Source of the DNA: Microgenomates group bacterium | GTDB taxonomy: Bacteria > Patescibacteriota > Microgenomatia > Daviesbacterales > UBA10151 | Assembly (NCBI GenBank): GCA_041659805.1 | Contig: JBAZXP010000001.1 | Coordinates: 256,589 to 320,588, forward strand | Reading direction: 5' to 3' | DNA length: 64,000 nucleotides | In this document: positions 19,051 through 29,244 of the stretch, piece after piece | Layout of the letters: every line of letters begins with the position of its first letter | Position numbering within the stretch: position 1 is the first letter of the stretch | The notes under the pieces: generated by a model | What the model was told of the DNA's origin: nothing | Databases searched by the model: none | Seen by the model: the letters and a program-made list of their open reading frames with translations, nothing else | Position numbers and translations under genes: made by a program

Positions 19051-19299
19051 TTAAAGAGATTTTTTGGAAGAGAGTAGTTTAGCCAATCTTGATTTTAATC
19101 TTGAAGCCTTGTTCTTGTGGATTAATTTTACTTTAGCAGCTTTGTCTAAAGCTGAAAAGGCTGCTGCTAAATTTTTTTCTGCTGGGTTTCTGCGGGTTGT
19201 TTTAACAGCTGCTTTCACGCCAAGTGCTCGCTTTTTATTGCGAGCTGTTCTTACTTTATCTTTGCGAACTTTTTTAATAGCGCTTTTTATTATTGGCAT
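19051..19299 (-). CDS. rpsT: 30S ribosomal protein S20.
   Basis: Starts MPIIKSAIKKVRKDKVRTARNKKR. Confidence 0.85.
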   Translation of the reverse strand: MPIIKSAIKKVRKDKVRTARNKKRALGVKAAVKTTRRNPAEKNLAAAFSALDKAAKVKLIHKNKASRLKSRLAKLLSSKKSL

Positions 19300-19433
19300 T
19301 TTTTTATTTCCCTTGAAATGACAATTTCAAGCTTTGCTTAAGACGAAGTCGCAAGCAATGCTTATTATTGGCATGGCTAGAATATTAACATAGCTATAGC
19401 ACTTTCGCAAGCTATTCTGCTATTATTTCAGTA

Positions 19434-21086
19434 ATGGTTAAGAATTTATTGTCGCTTCTTTCAGCCAGACAAAACAGTATTTTGTCTGGCGCTTTTGTTC
19501 TAATGGTGACAATCGGTGCCTCAAAAGTATTGGGTCTGGTGAGAGATCGGTTACTTGCACATACTTTTACACCGGATCAAACTGCGGTTTATTTTGCAGC
19601 ATTCAGGTTGCCTGATCTTCTGTTCCAGCTGTTTATTTTCGGGGCTGTTTCTGTTGCTTTTATACCTGTTTTTACTGATTACCTGCATAAAAAATCTGAA
19701 AGAGAAGCTTTTGAATTTGCGGCAGACATCTTAAACGTAGTGCTTTTACTGTTTGCAGTTGTGACTGTAGTATTTTTTATTTTTGCCGGACCGATTACTG
19801 CTCTGGTTGTTCCTGGTTTTACGGATATGGAAAAAGAAATGGCTACCGGTTTAACCCGTGTGATTATCATCGGCCAATTACTTTTAGTGGTAGGTGCTTT
19901 TTTTGTGGGGATTTGTCAGGCTTATCAGAGATTTATTATTCCGGCTTTAGCTGCTGCATCCTATACGGTTGGGATTATTATCGGAATTGTTTTTTTGTCA
20001 CCTTTTTTCGGAATTTTCGGACCGGCTCTTGGGGTTATTATCGGTGCTCTTTTACATATCCTAACTCAACTTTCTCTTGTCATGAATTTAGGTTTTAGAT
20101 ACCGGTTTAAGTTGGATATTTTTAATGAAGGGATTAAGGAAGTTTTAAGAATGATGAGTATTCGAACACTCGGGATTGCAGCCGAACAGCTAAACGAAAC
20201 AGTGGGAGTTGTATTGGCCTCACTTATCTCTGCGTCATCAGTTACTTATTTAACTTTTGCTCAACATTTACAAGCTGTACCGATTGGTCTTTTTGGAGCA
20301 ACGCTTGCACAAGCTGCTTTGCCTGTTTTATCCAGAGAGAGGACAACAGGGGAGGATGATTCATTTAAAACGACTTTGCTAACAACATTACATCAGATAA
20401 TGTTTTTGTCTTTACCAGCAGCAGCAATGTTAGTAGTTCTAAGGATTCCTGCAGTAAGGCTTGTTTTTGGAGCTTCTCAATTTGACTGGGCTTCAACAGT
20501 TTTAACAGGAACAACCTTAGCTTGGTTGGCAATTGGGCTGACTGCTCAATCGATGAATCTTTTATTAATCAGAGGTTTTTATGCGTTAAAGGATACCCGC
20601 ACACCGGTGATTGTTTCTGTTCTAGCAGTTTTAGTTAATGTAATTTTAAGCTTTGTTTTTGTGAAGGTTTTATATTTGGATGTGTGGAGCTTGGGACTCG
20701 CTTATGCGATTTCAGCGAATGCATCACTTCTGCTTCTGGTTTATTTTTTAAGTAACAGCATTGGTGGTTTTAACCAAAAAGATCTATTTATTCCTGCGGG
20801 TAAAATGTTGTTGGCTGCCACAATCTCTGCGTTGGTCATTTATATTCCTCTGAAAAGTCTGGACTCATTAATTTTTGATACTACAAAAACTATTAATCTG
20901 ATTGTGCTCTCTTCTATTGCCTCATTTATCGGGCTTTCCACCTATGTATTTTTAGTGTGGCTCTTGAAGGTAAAAGAGCTAGAAACTTTCGGTGCTCTTT
21001 TGAAAAGAGTGTATCAGATGAAATGGATGGTAAAAGCTGGTCCGGAAACAATTCCAAACCCTCCTGATACAACAACCTCTCTTTAA
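19434..21086 (+). CDS. murJ: Lipid II flippase MurJ (MviN).
   Basis: About 14 transmembrane helices. Family-typical FRLPDLLFQLF, LSRERTTGED loop, and overall length. Confidence 0.85.
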   Translation: MVKNLLSLLSARQNSILSGAFVLMVTIGASKVLGLVRDRLLAHTFTPDQTAVYFAAFRLPDLLFQLFIFGAVSVAFIPVFTDYLHKKSEREAFEFAADILNVVLLLFAVVTVVFFIFAGPITALVVPGFTDMEKEMATGLTRVIIIGQLLLVVGAFFVGICQAYQRFIIPALAAASYTVGIIIGIVFLSPFFGIFGPALGVIIGALLHILTQLSLVMNLGFRYRFKLDIFNEGIKEVLRMMSIRTLGIAAEQLNETVGVVLASLISASSVTYLTFAQHLQAVPIGLFGATLAQAALPVLSRERTTGEDDSFKTTLLTTLHQIMFLSLPAAAMLVVLRIPAVRLVFGASQFDWASTVLTGTTLAWLAIGLTAQSMNLLLIRGFYALKDTRTPVIVSVLAVLVNVILSFVFVKVLYLDVWSLGLAYAISANASLLLLVYFLSNSIGGFNQKDLFIPAGKMLLAATISALVIYIPLKSLDSLIFDTTKTINLIVLSSIASFIGLSTYVFLVWLLKVKELETFGALLKRVYQMKWMVKAGPETIPNPPDTTTSL

Positions 21087-21123
21087 ATTGCTAGTTTAGG
21101 CAATCTCAAGTACAATTCACGTT

Positions 21124-22887
21124 ATGAATATTAGAAATTTCAGTATTATTGCTCACGTTGATCATGGCAAATCAACTTTGGCAGATAGGCTTTTAGAAGT
21201 AACTGGGACAGTTACTGGTGGTAAAATGCAGCCTCAATTACTGGATTCTCTGGCACTTGAGCGTGAACGGGGAATTACCATTAAACTGGCTCCTGTCCGC
21301 ATGAACTATACCCTAGACTCTAAACCCTATACCCTAAATTTAATCGATACCCCAGGACATGTTGATTTTTCCTATGAAGTTTCGCGGTCGCTGGCAGCTG
21401 TAGAAGGAGCAATTTTATTAGTAGATGCTACCCAAGGGATTCAAGCTCAAACTTTATCACATGGTTTGGCTGCCATGGAACAGAATTTAATTTTAATTCC
21501 AATAGTAAATAAGGTGGATTTACCACAAGCTGATGTTTTGGGTGTAGAGAAACAACTTATGGATACTTTTGGATTTGATAAAGAGGATATACTTCATGTT
21601 TCTGGAAAAACGGGATTAGGGGTAGAGAAGCTATTGGAAGTTATTATTAAAAAAATTCCACCACCAAAAATTGAAATAGAAAAGCCACTCCGAGCTTTGA
21701 TTTTTGATTCTTTTTTTGATGCCTATAAGGGTGTGATTGCTCAGGTTAAAGTGGTGGAAGGAAAAGTGCCTGCAACAAATGCCAAAATAAAATTTGTAGC
21801 AACAGGCGCAGAAGGTGAAATTTTAGAAAAAGGATTTTTTGGGCCCGCTTTAACGCCTGTTGAAGAGTTAGAATCAGGTGAAATTGGTTATATTGCCACA
21901 GGAATTAAAGAATCTGATTTGGTAAAAGTTGGAGATACGATTTCTGAAATTGGGACAAATGTTTCTTTGCTCCCAGGATATAAAGTAGTCAAACCAATGG
22001 TTTATGTAGGTTTGTATCCGATTGAACAGGCAGAATTTCATGATTTAAAAACAGTTTTGAGTAAATTTAAGCTATCTGATCCGGCTTTTTCTTATGAAAT
22101 AGAACATTCACAAGCGTTAGGAGCAGGTTTTAGATGTGGGTTTTTAGGACTTTTACATGCAGAAGTGGTTCAGCAAAGATTGTCTGAGGAATTTAATATG
22201 GATCTTTTGGCAACAACTCCATCTGTTGAATATTTACTTGACGGCAGTCCGATTACTAATCCGGCAGATTTACCACAAGGAATTAATTTGGTTAATTTGC
22301 AGGAACCATGGGTAAAGGTGAGGATTTTTACTCCACAAGTATATCTTGGGAAAATTATGGAGTTAATGTCAGAAAAACGGGGAATTTATCAAAATCAAAC
22401 TTACTTCGGAACTCAGGTGGAACTTATTTATGAGATGCCTTTATCAGAAATGATTACTGATTATTATGACAAGTTAAAATCTGTGTCATCCGGTTTTGCC
22501 TCACTTGATTGGGATTTTATAGAATTTAGGGATTGTGACGGAGTGAGGGTGGATATTTTAGTGGGCGGAGAAAAGGTTGATGCACTATCAATGATTGTGG
22601 TCAGATCAAAGGCAGAGTATATTGGAAGGCGTTTGGCCACAAAATTAAAAGAAGTTTTACCAAAACAAAACTTTGCTATAGCCATACAAGCTGTAATTGG
22701 GGGAAATATTATAGCCCGTGAAACAGTATCGCCTTTTAGAAAAGATGTGATTGAAAAACTTTATGGAGGAGACAGAACCAGAAAAGATAAATTGTTGGAA
22801 AAACAGAAAAAAGGAAAAAAGAAAATGAAAATGATAGGTCGTGTTGAAATCCCCCAGGAAGCATTTTTGAGTATCTTGAAAAGTTAA
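21124..22887 (+). CDS. lepA: Elongation factor 4 (LepA).
   Basis: [35 protein letters not shown], and the LepA-specific C-terminal domain. Confidence 0.9.
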   Translation: MNIRNFSIIAHVDHGKSTLADRLLEVTGTVTGGKMQPQLLDSLALERERGITIKLAPVRMNYTLDSKPYTLNLIDTPGHVDFSYEVSRSLAAVEGAILLVDATQGIQAQTLSHGLAAMEQNLILIPIVNKVDLPQADVLGVEKQLMDTFGFDKEDILHVSGKTGLGVEKLLEVIIKKIPPPKIEIEKPLRALIFDSFFDAYKGVIAQVKVVEGKVPATNAKIKFVATGAEGEILEKGFFGPALTPVEELESGEIGYIATGIKESDLVKVGDTISEIGTNVSLLPGYKVVKPMVYVGLYPIEQAEFHDLKTVLSKFKLSDPAFSYEIEHSQALGAGFRCGFLGLLHAEVVQQRLSEEFNMDLLATTPSVEYLLDGSPITNPADLPQGINLVNLQEPWVKVRIFTPQVYLGKIMELMSEKRGIYQNQTYFGTQVELIYEMPLSEMITDYYDKLKSVSSGFASLDWDFIEFRDCDGVRVDILVGGEKVDALSMIVVRSKAEYIGRRLATKLKEVLPKQNFAIAIQAVIGGNIIARETVSPFRKDVIEKLYGGDRTRKDKLLEKQKKGKKKMKMIGRVEIPQEAFLSILKS

Positions 22888-23331
22888 ATGAAGGTAAAAG
22901 ATAAAGAAAAATATTTAATTAATTTGGAAGAGAAATTGGTTGAAGCTAGGAAGCGGCTGGATGCTTTAAGGGCTGACCGTTCTCCGAATATTTCTGAATC
23001 AGGGCATGAAGCAATTAGAGAGAATGCTGAAAGGGAAATAATAATTCAGGAAAATGTTATCAAGGGGCTTGAACAATTTAAAGAGTTTTTAGTAACTAGT
23101 GCAGAAAAATCTCAAATTGAAGAAGGTTCACAATTTACCATTGACTTTGATTCAGGGGAGAAAATAGAAGATGCAATTTTTGCTCCCCTAACTGTGGGTT
23201 TGGAAGGAGCGCAAATAATTACAAGGAAATCTCCTTTAGGCATGGCAATATATGGGAAAAAAGAAGCTGATAATTTCAACTATACAGCAGGAGACCAGTC
23301 AGTATCAGGGAAAATTATAGCCGTAAAATAG
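22888..23331 (+). CDS. greA: Transcription elongation factor GreA.
   Basis: C-terminal FKBP-like domain (SPLGMAIYGKKEADNF). The N-terminal coiled-coil has a divergent tip (GHEAIRENAE). Its start ATG abuts the lepA stop. Confidence 0.7.
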   Translation: MKVKDKEKYLINLEEKLVEARKRLDALRADRSPNISESGHEAIRENAEREIIIQENVIKGLEQFKEFLVTSAEKSQIEEGSQFTIDFDSGEKIEDAIFAPLTVGLEGAQIITRKSPLGMAIYGKKEADNFNYTAGDQSVSGKIIAVK

Positions 23332-23372
23332 GCCATAGAAGAAATTTGACAAAAGGTATAAAATAATGCCCT

Positions 23373-23657
23373 ATGTCTCAAGAGCGCCAAATAGATGATG
23401 GTCAAGGAATTGAAAAACAGCCCATTCGTCCTCTTAAGAGGTCTAAAGCAAAAGAAGAGTTAAGAGATTATTTTGCAGCTAGATATAATCGCTTTGATGA
23501 ATTGCAAAAAGCTCGCGGAGAACATCTTACTAAAGAAGGTATCGATCTTTTAATACACTGTCAATTTGCAACAGTTTGCGACCTTCGTGATTTAGGAGTC
23601 CGAGATGTTAAAGCCTTTTTAGCGCAAAAACAAACCGAGAAACAAAGCAAGAAATAA
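23373..23657 (+). CDS. Hypothetical protein (94 aa).
   Basis: ORF with no recognised motifs. Confidence 0.35.
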   Translation: MSQERQIDDGQGIEKQPIRPLKRSKAKEELRDYFAARYNRFDELQKARGEHLTKEGIDLLIHCQFATVCDLRDLGVRDVKAFLAQKQTEKQSKK

Positions 23658-23663
23658 TATCCC

Positions 23664-23692
23664 TTGACAACTTTTAGCAGTCTTGGTATATT
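23664..23692 (+). promoter_or_regulatory. Sigma-70-like promoter of the hrcA-grpE-dnaK-dnaJ operon: TTGACA, a 17-nt spacer, then TATATT.
   Basis: TTGACA lies at 23664-23669 and TATATT at 23687-23692. The promoter overlaps the CIRCE element. Confidence 0.5.
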
Positions 23693-23700
23693 ACTGCTAA
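23674..23700 (+). promoter_or_regulatory. CIRCE-like HrcA operator (TTAGCAGTC, 9-nt spacer, TACTGCTAA).
   Basis: A 9-9-9 inverted repeat close to the CIRCE consensus TTAGCACTC-N9-GAGTGCTAA. The arms are 8/9 complementary. It lies directly in front of hrcA. Confidence 0.7.
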
Positions 23701-24428
23701 TGTCAGAATTATCTGAACGCCAGAAACAACTATTGAAAGCACTGATAGAAAGCTATGTAAAAACTGGCGAACCGGTTTCTTCTGATTATATTGAAAAGGG
23801 ATCGACGCTTGGTGTGTCCCCTGCTACCATCAGAAATGAGATGGTAGCTTTAACTGAAATGGGGTATTTAAAACAACCTCATGTAAGTTCAGGCAGGGTT
23901 CCGACAGCCATGGGCTTTAGGCTCTACATTAATGAAATAATGAAAGAGAAAGAATTATCTGTTGTAGATGAAGTATCAATCAGGCAACAGATGATGGATT
24001 CGCGAAGTCAGTTTAACAAAATGGTGCATGTGGCAACCAAGGCGTTAGCTAAAAAATGCGATACCTTAGCCATTGCCATAAATGGTGATGATATTTATTA
24101 CACCGGAGCGGCTAATATTTTGGATTTGCCGGAATTTTTTGACATTGATGTCACAAGATTTGTGTTGTCGATGCTTGATGAATCGGCAGTTTTGGAAAAA
24201 GTATTTAGTTTGGCTCAGGGTGAACAACCATTGCACATTATTTTTGGAGAGGAAACTGAGTATGAGCATTTGCTTCCTACCAGTTTTGCTTTTATAAACT
24301 TTGAAACGGGTAGAAAAGATTTAGGAATTATTGGAGTAATTGGACCAAACAGGCTCAATTTTCCTCTGGTAATGCCATATCTTAGATATATCGGAGAAGT
24401 ACTTGAAGAAGCAGGAGGAATAAGATAA
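23700..24428 (+). CDS. hrcA: Heat-inducible transcription repressor HrcA, compact.
   Basis: MSELSERQKQLLKALIESYVKTGEPVSS is a winged-helix N-terminus typical of HrcA. The ATG at 23700 is preferred over the track's TTG at 23664. It is followed by grpE, dnaK and dnaJ. Confidence 0.75.
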   Translation: MSELSERQKQLLKALIESYVKTGEPVSSDYIEKGSTLGVSPATIRNEMVALTEMGYLKQPHVSSGRVPTAMGFRLYINEIMKEKELSVVDEVSIRQQMMDSRSQFNKMVHVATKALAKKCDTLAIAINGDDIYYTGAANILDLPEFFDIDVTRFVLSMLDESAVLEKVFSLAQGEQPLHIIFGEETEYEHLLPTSFAFINFETGRKDLGIIGVIGPNRLNFPLVMPYLRYIGEVLEEAGGIR

Positions 24429-24430
24429 AA

Positions 24431-24898
24431 ATGGCAAAAAAAGATAATACACAATTAGAAGAATTAGCACAAAAAGTGCAAAGCTTAGAAGATCAGCTCA
24501 AACGCGCTGTAGCTGATTACCATAATTTGGAAAAAAGAGTGGCTGAAGGCAGATCAGAGCTGACAAAATGGGCAAGTGGTGATTTGGTAATGAGAATATT
24601 GCCTACTTTAGATCATTTGGAACAAGCTTTAGGTGGAGCATCTGACGCAGACAAAGCCTCAGGTTGGTATAAAGGAGTAGAATTGGCTGTTAAAGAATTT
24701 AAAAAGGTTTTGGAAGAAGAAGGATTAAATGTGATTAATATTCAAATAAATGATGAATATGATCCAAGTTTGGCAGAAGCAGTAGAAGCAAGAGAAGGAG
24801 AAAATAATAAAATTTTAGAAATTGTACAAAACGGTTATAATATAAATGGAAAAGTAGTAAGACCAGCCAAAGTGGTGGTTGGAAAGAAAGAAAACTAA
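24431..24898 (+). CDS. grpE: Nucleotide exchange factor GrpE.
   Basis: Coiled-coil N-terminus. Position between hrcA and dnaK. Confidence 0.8.
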   Translation: MAKKDNTQLEELAQKVQSLEDQLKRAVADYHNLEKRVAEGRSELTKWASGDLVMRILPTLDHLEQALGGASDADKASGWYKGVELAVKEFKKVLEEEGLNVINIQINDEYDPSLAEAVEAREGENNKILEIVQNGYNINGKVVRPAKVVVGKKEN

Positions 24899-24899
24899 T

Positions 24900-26825
24900 A
24901 TGGCAAAAATTATTGGAATTGATTTAGGAACAACAAATAGCTGTGTAGCGGTGATGGAAGGCGGTAAGCCTAAAGTCATCCATTCTGCTGAAGGTGAAAA
25001 TACTATTCCGTCTGTGGTTAACCCTGTCAAAAATATCGTCGGACGGGTAGCAAAAAGACAATCGATTGTAAATCCTAAAGAAACTATTTTTTCTGTCAAA
25101 AGACTCATGGGAAGAAAGTTTGATGATCCTGAGGTTCAAAGAGATTTAAAATGGCTTCCTTATAATATTAAATCCGGTAAAAACGGTATGGCAGTGGTGG
25201 ATGTGGATGGTCATGACTATACTCCCCAGGAAATTTCTGCTCAAATCTTGGGAAAAATCAAAGCAGATGCAGAATCCTATTTAGGAGAAAAAGTTACTGA
25301 TGCAGTTATCACAGTTCCTGCATATTTTGATGATGCTCAAAGACAGGCAACTAAACAAGCAGGGGAAATTGCCGGTTTAAATGTACAAAGAATTATCAAT
25401 GAACCAACTGCTGCAGCTCTGGCATATGGTTTGGATAAACAAAATTCCCATACTATTGCTGTATATGATCTTGGTGGAGGAACATTTGATGTTTCTATTT
25501 TAGAGCTGGGTGACGGTGTTTTTGAAGTTAAATCAACCAATGGAGATACCCATCTTGGTGGAGATGATTTTGACCAAAAGATTATTGATTACATGGCAGA
25601 TGAGTTTAAAAAGGAACAGGGGATTGATCTAAAATCAGACAGACAGGCTTTACAAAGACTTCGGGATGCAGCAGAAAAAGCCAAAATTGAACTTTCTTCT
25701 TCAACTGAAGCAGAAATTTCTATCCCTTTTGTAACAGCAGATGCCTCTGGCCCAAAACATCTGGAAATGAAATTATCCCGGGCAAAACTGGAAGATTTAG
25801 TAAAAGAGCTGGTGGATAAGAGTTTTGATGCAGTCAAATCAGCTTTGAAAGATGCCAAAGTGGACGCAAAAGCAATTGATGAAGTGATTTTGGTTGGTGG
25901 TATGACCAGAATGCCGCTTGTTCAAAAAGCAGTGCAGGATTTCTTTGGAAAAGAACCTCACAAAGGTATTAACCCTGATGAAGTGGTGGCTGTTGGAGCT
26001 GCAATTCAAGGAGGAGTTTTAGGTGGAGAAGTTAAAGATGTATTGTTACTTGATGTAACTCCATTGACCTTAGGGATTGAAACTTTGGGAGGTGTTAGAA
26101 CCCCATTAATAAATCGAAATTCAACCATTCCAACTTCTAAAACAGAAGTTTTCTCAACTGCAGCCGATAATCAGACTCAGGTAGAAATTAATGTTTTGCA
26201 AGGTGAGCGAGAAATGGCAGCTGACAATAAAACCTTGGGTAGATTTATTCTTGACGGTATTCCACCAGCCCCCAGAGGTGTACCACAGGTCGAAGTAACC
26301 TTTGATATTGATGCCAACGGTATTTTAAATGTTTCTGCTAAGGATAAAGCTACAGGTAAAGAGCAAAAAATTACCATCACAGGTTCAACCGGACTTTCTA
26401 AAGAAGATGCAGAACGCATGGCAAAAGAAGCAGAAGCTCATGCAGAAGAAGATAAAAAGAAAAAAGAAGAAATTGAGATCAAAAATCAGGCTGATACTTT
26501 AATCTACACCACTCAAAGATCTATCAAAGATGCAGGAGATAAAATGCCGGCAGAAACAAAAGAAGATTTGGAAGGAAAAATTAAAGAATTAGAAGAAGCA
26601 GTAATAAAGGGTGATAAAGATGAAATTAAGGCTAAATCAGAAACTTTGTCAGAAGCTTTATCAAAATTCGGTCAATCACAATACCAACAAACAGGCGAAA
26701 AACCAGGAGAAGGCGAACCGGAAATTAATCCTGAAGAAGAAATTGGGCCAAAAGAAGAAGATGGTAAAACTGATAAAGCAGAAGCAGAAGCAGTAGAAGG
26801 TGAAGTTGTTGAAGAATCAAAATAA
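24900..26825 (+). CDS. dnaK: Chaperone DnaK (Hsp70).
   Basis: [34 protein letters not shown] and an acidic C-terminus. The ATG at 24900 is preferred as the start. Confidence 0.95.
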   Translation: MAKIIGIDLGTTNSCVAVMEGGKPKVIHSAEGENTIPSVVNPVKNIVGRVAKRQSIVNPKETIFSVKRLMGRKFDDPEVQRDLKWLPYNIKSGKNGMAVVDVDGHDYTPQEISAQILGKIKADAESYLGEKVTDAVITVPAYFDDAQRQATKQAGEIAGLNVQRIINEPTAAALAYGLDKQNSHTIAVYDLGGGTFDVSILELGDGVFEVKSTNGDTHLGGDDFDQKIIDYMADEFKKEQGIDLKSDRQALQRLRDAAEKAKIELSSSTEAEISIPFVTADASGPKHLEMKLSRAKLEDLVKELVDKSFDAVKSALKDAKVDAKAIDEVILVGGMTRMPLVQKAVQDFFGKEPHKGINPDEVVAVGAAIQGGVLGGEVKDVLLLDVTPLTLGIETLGGVRTPLINRNSTIPTSKTEVFSTAADNQTQVEINVLQGEREMAADNKTLGRFILDGIPPAPRGVPQVEVTFDIDANGILNVSAKDKATGKEQKITITGSTGLSKEDAERMAKEAEAHAEEDKKKKEEIEIKNQADTLIYTTQRSIKDAGDKMPAETKEDLEGKIKELEEAVIKGDKDEIKAKSETLSEALSKFGQSQYQQTGEKPGEGEPEINPEEEIGPKEEDGKTDKAEAEAVEGEVVEESK

Positions 26826-27125
26826 ATGGAAGGTAAAGAATTACCGATTAAACGAACAGGACTTGAAAACCTATCCAGAGAAAAATTAGAAACAATGATG
26901 GATGAGGCAGATCAATTAGGTTATTCAGGGGACTTTCCACAGGGGGTAATCTCTCAGGAATTAACAAGAAGAAGTTTGCTTGAGCAAACTAAACCTTCTC
27001 TCCTAGAACAGCAAAAACCAGATAGAGCTAAAAAGCCTATACCTGTTCGAGAAAGAAGAACCTACAGTCCGATTGATAGTTCATGGGGAATGAGAGGAAT
27101 CGGGAAAAACCGGGGAAGCAGATAA
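26826..27125 (+). CDS. Hypothetical protein (99 aa).
   Basis: ORF directly after dnaK with no recognised motifs. Confidence 0.3.
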   Translation: MEGKELPIKRTGLENLSREKLETMMDEADQLGYSGDFPQGVISQELTRRSLLEQTKPSLLEQQKPDRAKKPIPVRERRTYSPIDSSWGMRGIGKNRGSR

Positions 27126-27202
27126 TTTAGATAAAAAATGAAAAAGTTTGATCAGCCTCGCTTATGCGGGGTTTTTTAAACTAAATGTAGTAGAATTCAC
27201 AT

Positions 27203-28090
27203 ATGGCAAAAAAAGATTTTTATGAAGTACTGGGATTAAACAAATCTGCAACTGAGGCGGAGATTAAATCTGCTTACAGAAAATTGGCCCGTACTCATCA
27301 TCCTGATATTGATAAATCCCCCGGAGCAGAAGGTAGATTTAAGGAAATCTCCGAAGCCTATCAGGTTTTATCTGATTCACAGAAGAAAAAAACTTACGAT
27401 CAGTTTGGGTCTGCTGCTTTTGAACCTGGACAGGGTTTTGGAGGGACTGGAGGTGGGGCAGGAGGACCCTTTGGATCTTATTCCTATTCAACGGGTGGTG
27501 CAGGATTTGATTTCGGCGGATTTGAAGATCCTTTTTCCCTTTTTGAACAAATTTTCGGTATGGGAGGTATGAGTGGATTTAGTGGAAGGGCTCAGAAACA
27601 GCACCCTACTTATCAGTTGGAAATAGATTTTGAAGATAGTGTTCATGGAGCCACTAAACATGTACAAATTCCAGGCGAGAATGGCCGTAAAAAGGAATTA
27701 ACTATTAAAGTTCCTGCAGGAGTAGATAATGGCACCCGCATGAGGTTTGAGGATGTGGATATTATTTTTAGGTTAAGACGTCACCCTGATTTTTTGAGAG
27801 AAGGGCCGGATATTTTTTCAGATATTATTTTAACTATTCCACAACTTGTTTTGGGTGATATTGCAGAAGTTAAAACTGTGTGGGGAAAAGTAAAATTAAA
27901 AATTCCTGCAGGAGCAGAACCAGGATCTTTAATTAGAATCAAAGATCAGGGGATGCCTAATCTAAGAGGATCAGGGAGAGGTGATCATTTTGTCAGGGTT
28001 AAATTAGAAGTCCCCAAAAAATTAACTGATGAAGAAAAAGATTTATATGAAAAATTATTAAAACTAAAGCCCAGAAAAAGCTGGTTTTGA
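27203..28090 (+). CDS. dnaJ: J-domain co-chaperone of the DnaJ family, class B-like, without the zinc-finger domain.
   Basis: J-domain with the HPD motif (RTHHPDIDK) and a Gly/Phe-rich region. The C-terminal domains lack the CxxCxGxG repeats. Confidence 0.8.
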   Translation: MAKKDFYEVLGLNKSATEAEIKSAYRKLARTHHPDIDKSPGAEGRFKEISEAYQVLSDSQKKKTYDQFGSAAFEPGQGFGGTGGGAGGPFGSYSYSTGGAGFDFGGFEDPFSLFEQIFGMGGMSGFSGRAQKQHPTYQLEIDFEDSVHGATKHVQIPGENGRKKELTIKVPAGVDNGTRMRFEDVDIIFRLRRHPDFLREGPDIFSDIILTIPQLVLGDIAEVKTVWGKVKLKIPAGAEPGSLIRIKDQGMPNLRGSGRGDHFVRVKLEVPKKLTDEEKDLYEKLLKLKPRKSWF

Positions 28091-28095
28091 GTCTC

Positions 28096-28124
28096 TTGAC
28101 AAGATAAATAATATCCTATAAAAT
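28096..28124 (+). promoter_or_regulatory. Candidate sigma-70 promoter: TTGACA, a 17-nt spacer, then TAAAAT.
   Basis: Hexamers at 28096-28101 and 28119-28124. A 5-codon mini-ORF (MSANF) begins at 28133. Confidence 0.35.
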
Positions 28125-28320
28125 ACTTCACAATGAGCGCGAATTTTTAGCAAAAAATATAACCGAGAGACCACATAATCCCCAGGCTGCTTTAAGGCTT
28201 TGGCTGGGAGTAGCGGTAATTTCCGCAGGAGCTACTGCTTATGGTGTAGTTGGTAATTATCAATTAGAACAAACACCTACTTTTTCTGCTCATAGAGAAA
28301 TTTCTACTCAATTAGTTAAT

Positions 28321-28590
28321 TTGTCAGATGAATTGTACAATTCCCGTGTAATTGGAGTGAGCGGAGGGTTGCTTAATAGGCAGATAGAGATCCGTGATTT
28401 TGACGATCCCCGATTAAGACCCTGGGGTAGATTGCAAAATGAACAAGAAGATCTGAGTAGGCAATTAAATGCTGCTGGATGGAATAGAAATTTTGTAATG
28501 GAATGTATCGGTGGGTTATTTACATTCTGTGGCGCGTATGCTGCTTTTTACGAGTGGAGATTCTCAAGGAAAAATCCTGAATCAAATTAG
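28321..28590 (+). CDS. Hypothetical protein. The frame is open for about 210 nt upstream without ATG or GTG and encodes a transmembrane-like segment, so this may be a degraded gene or use a non-canonical start.
   Basis: The track ORF starts at a TTG with no Shine-Dalgarno sequence. The upstream in-frame translation is ...LRLWLGVAVISAGATAYGVVGNY... Confidence 0.25.
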   Translation: MSDELYNSRVIGVSGGLLNRQIEIRDFDDPRLRPWGRLQNEQEDLSRQLNAAGWNRNFVMECIGGLFTFCGAYAAFYEWRFSRKNPESN

Positions 28591-28615
28591 CTTAAGAAAT
28601 ATTCTTTTGTATTGG

Positions 28616-29101
28616 TTATATTTTAAGAATATAGCCAACCAGTAAGCCGATAATTGTAACTACTCCTCCGATAACCACCACCTCCAGGGAATTTTTTATT
28701 AAAGACGCTTTAGAGATCATACCTTTAAAAATACCTAACACAGCTAGTCCCAGAAGTGAAAAAATAACACTTATAATTATAGATTGCGGCAAAGGAAATA
28801 ATATATAAGGTAAAACAGGTATGAGTCCTGCAATAAGATATGAGAAAAACATAATCAAAGCACTTAAAAACACATTATCCCGGTCTTTTTTATCAATTAC
28901 ATGGACAATTTCATCGCTGACAAATTCACTTGAGGCCATGGCAATTGCTTCAACAAGCACTATTACCAGACCGGATATTAGGACAATTCTTTTATCATTA
29001 CTGGCGATTGCAATACCTACCATAGCCCCTCCTGTTGAAATCAATGCGTCCTGTACTCCAAACAGTGAACTCCTTAAATAATCTCTATGTATTCGCAGCA
29101 T
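28616..29101 (-). CDS. VIT1/CCC1-family (DUF125) iron/manganese transporter-like membrane protein.
   Basis: N-terminal DALISTGG motif and hydrophobic helices. Only 161 aa, so shorter than typical family members. Confidence 0.5.
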   Translation of the reverse strand: MLRIHRDYLRSSLFGVQDALISTGGAMVGIAIASNDKRIVLISGLVIVLVEAIAMASSEFVSDEIVHVIDKKDRDNVFLSALIMFFSYLIAGLIPVLPYILFPLPQSIIISVIFSLLGLAVLGIFKGMISKASLIKNSLEVVVIGGVVTIIGLLVGYILKI

Positions 29102-29244
29102 ATTATAATAATACCTTTTTATTTTACACAGATAAGCAACAATCTGGCTATACTTGACTTCAGGAAGAGTAGAGACTAAAATAAGTGAGTTAATAGATAA
29201 GGACTTATGAAGAGGTGGGCCTGGTCCCGCCTTTTTTAGAAATT

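Noticed and set aside
24879-24899. Upstream start for dnaK (MERKKTNM...).
   Set aside because: Canonical DnaK begins [14 protein letters not shown] at 24900, and the longer form would overlap grpE.
28591-28615. Near-palindromic AAGAAATATTCTT between convergent genes as a regulatory site.
   Set aside because: It is short and imperfect, and AT-rich palindromes are expected by chance between convergent genes. At most it is a weak bidirectional terminator.
29215-29244. GTG start of nusA at 29215.
   Set aside because: Alignment to the NusA N-terminal domain favours the ATG at 29245. The extension is an artefact of extending to the longest ORF.
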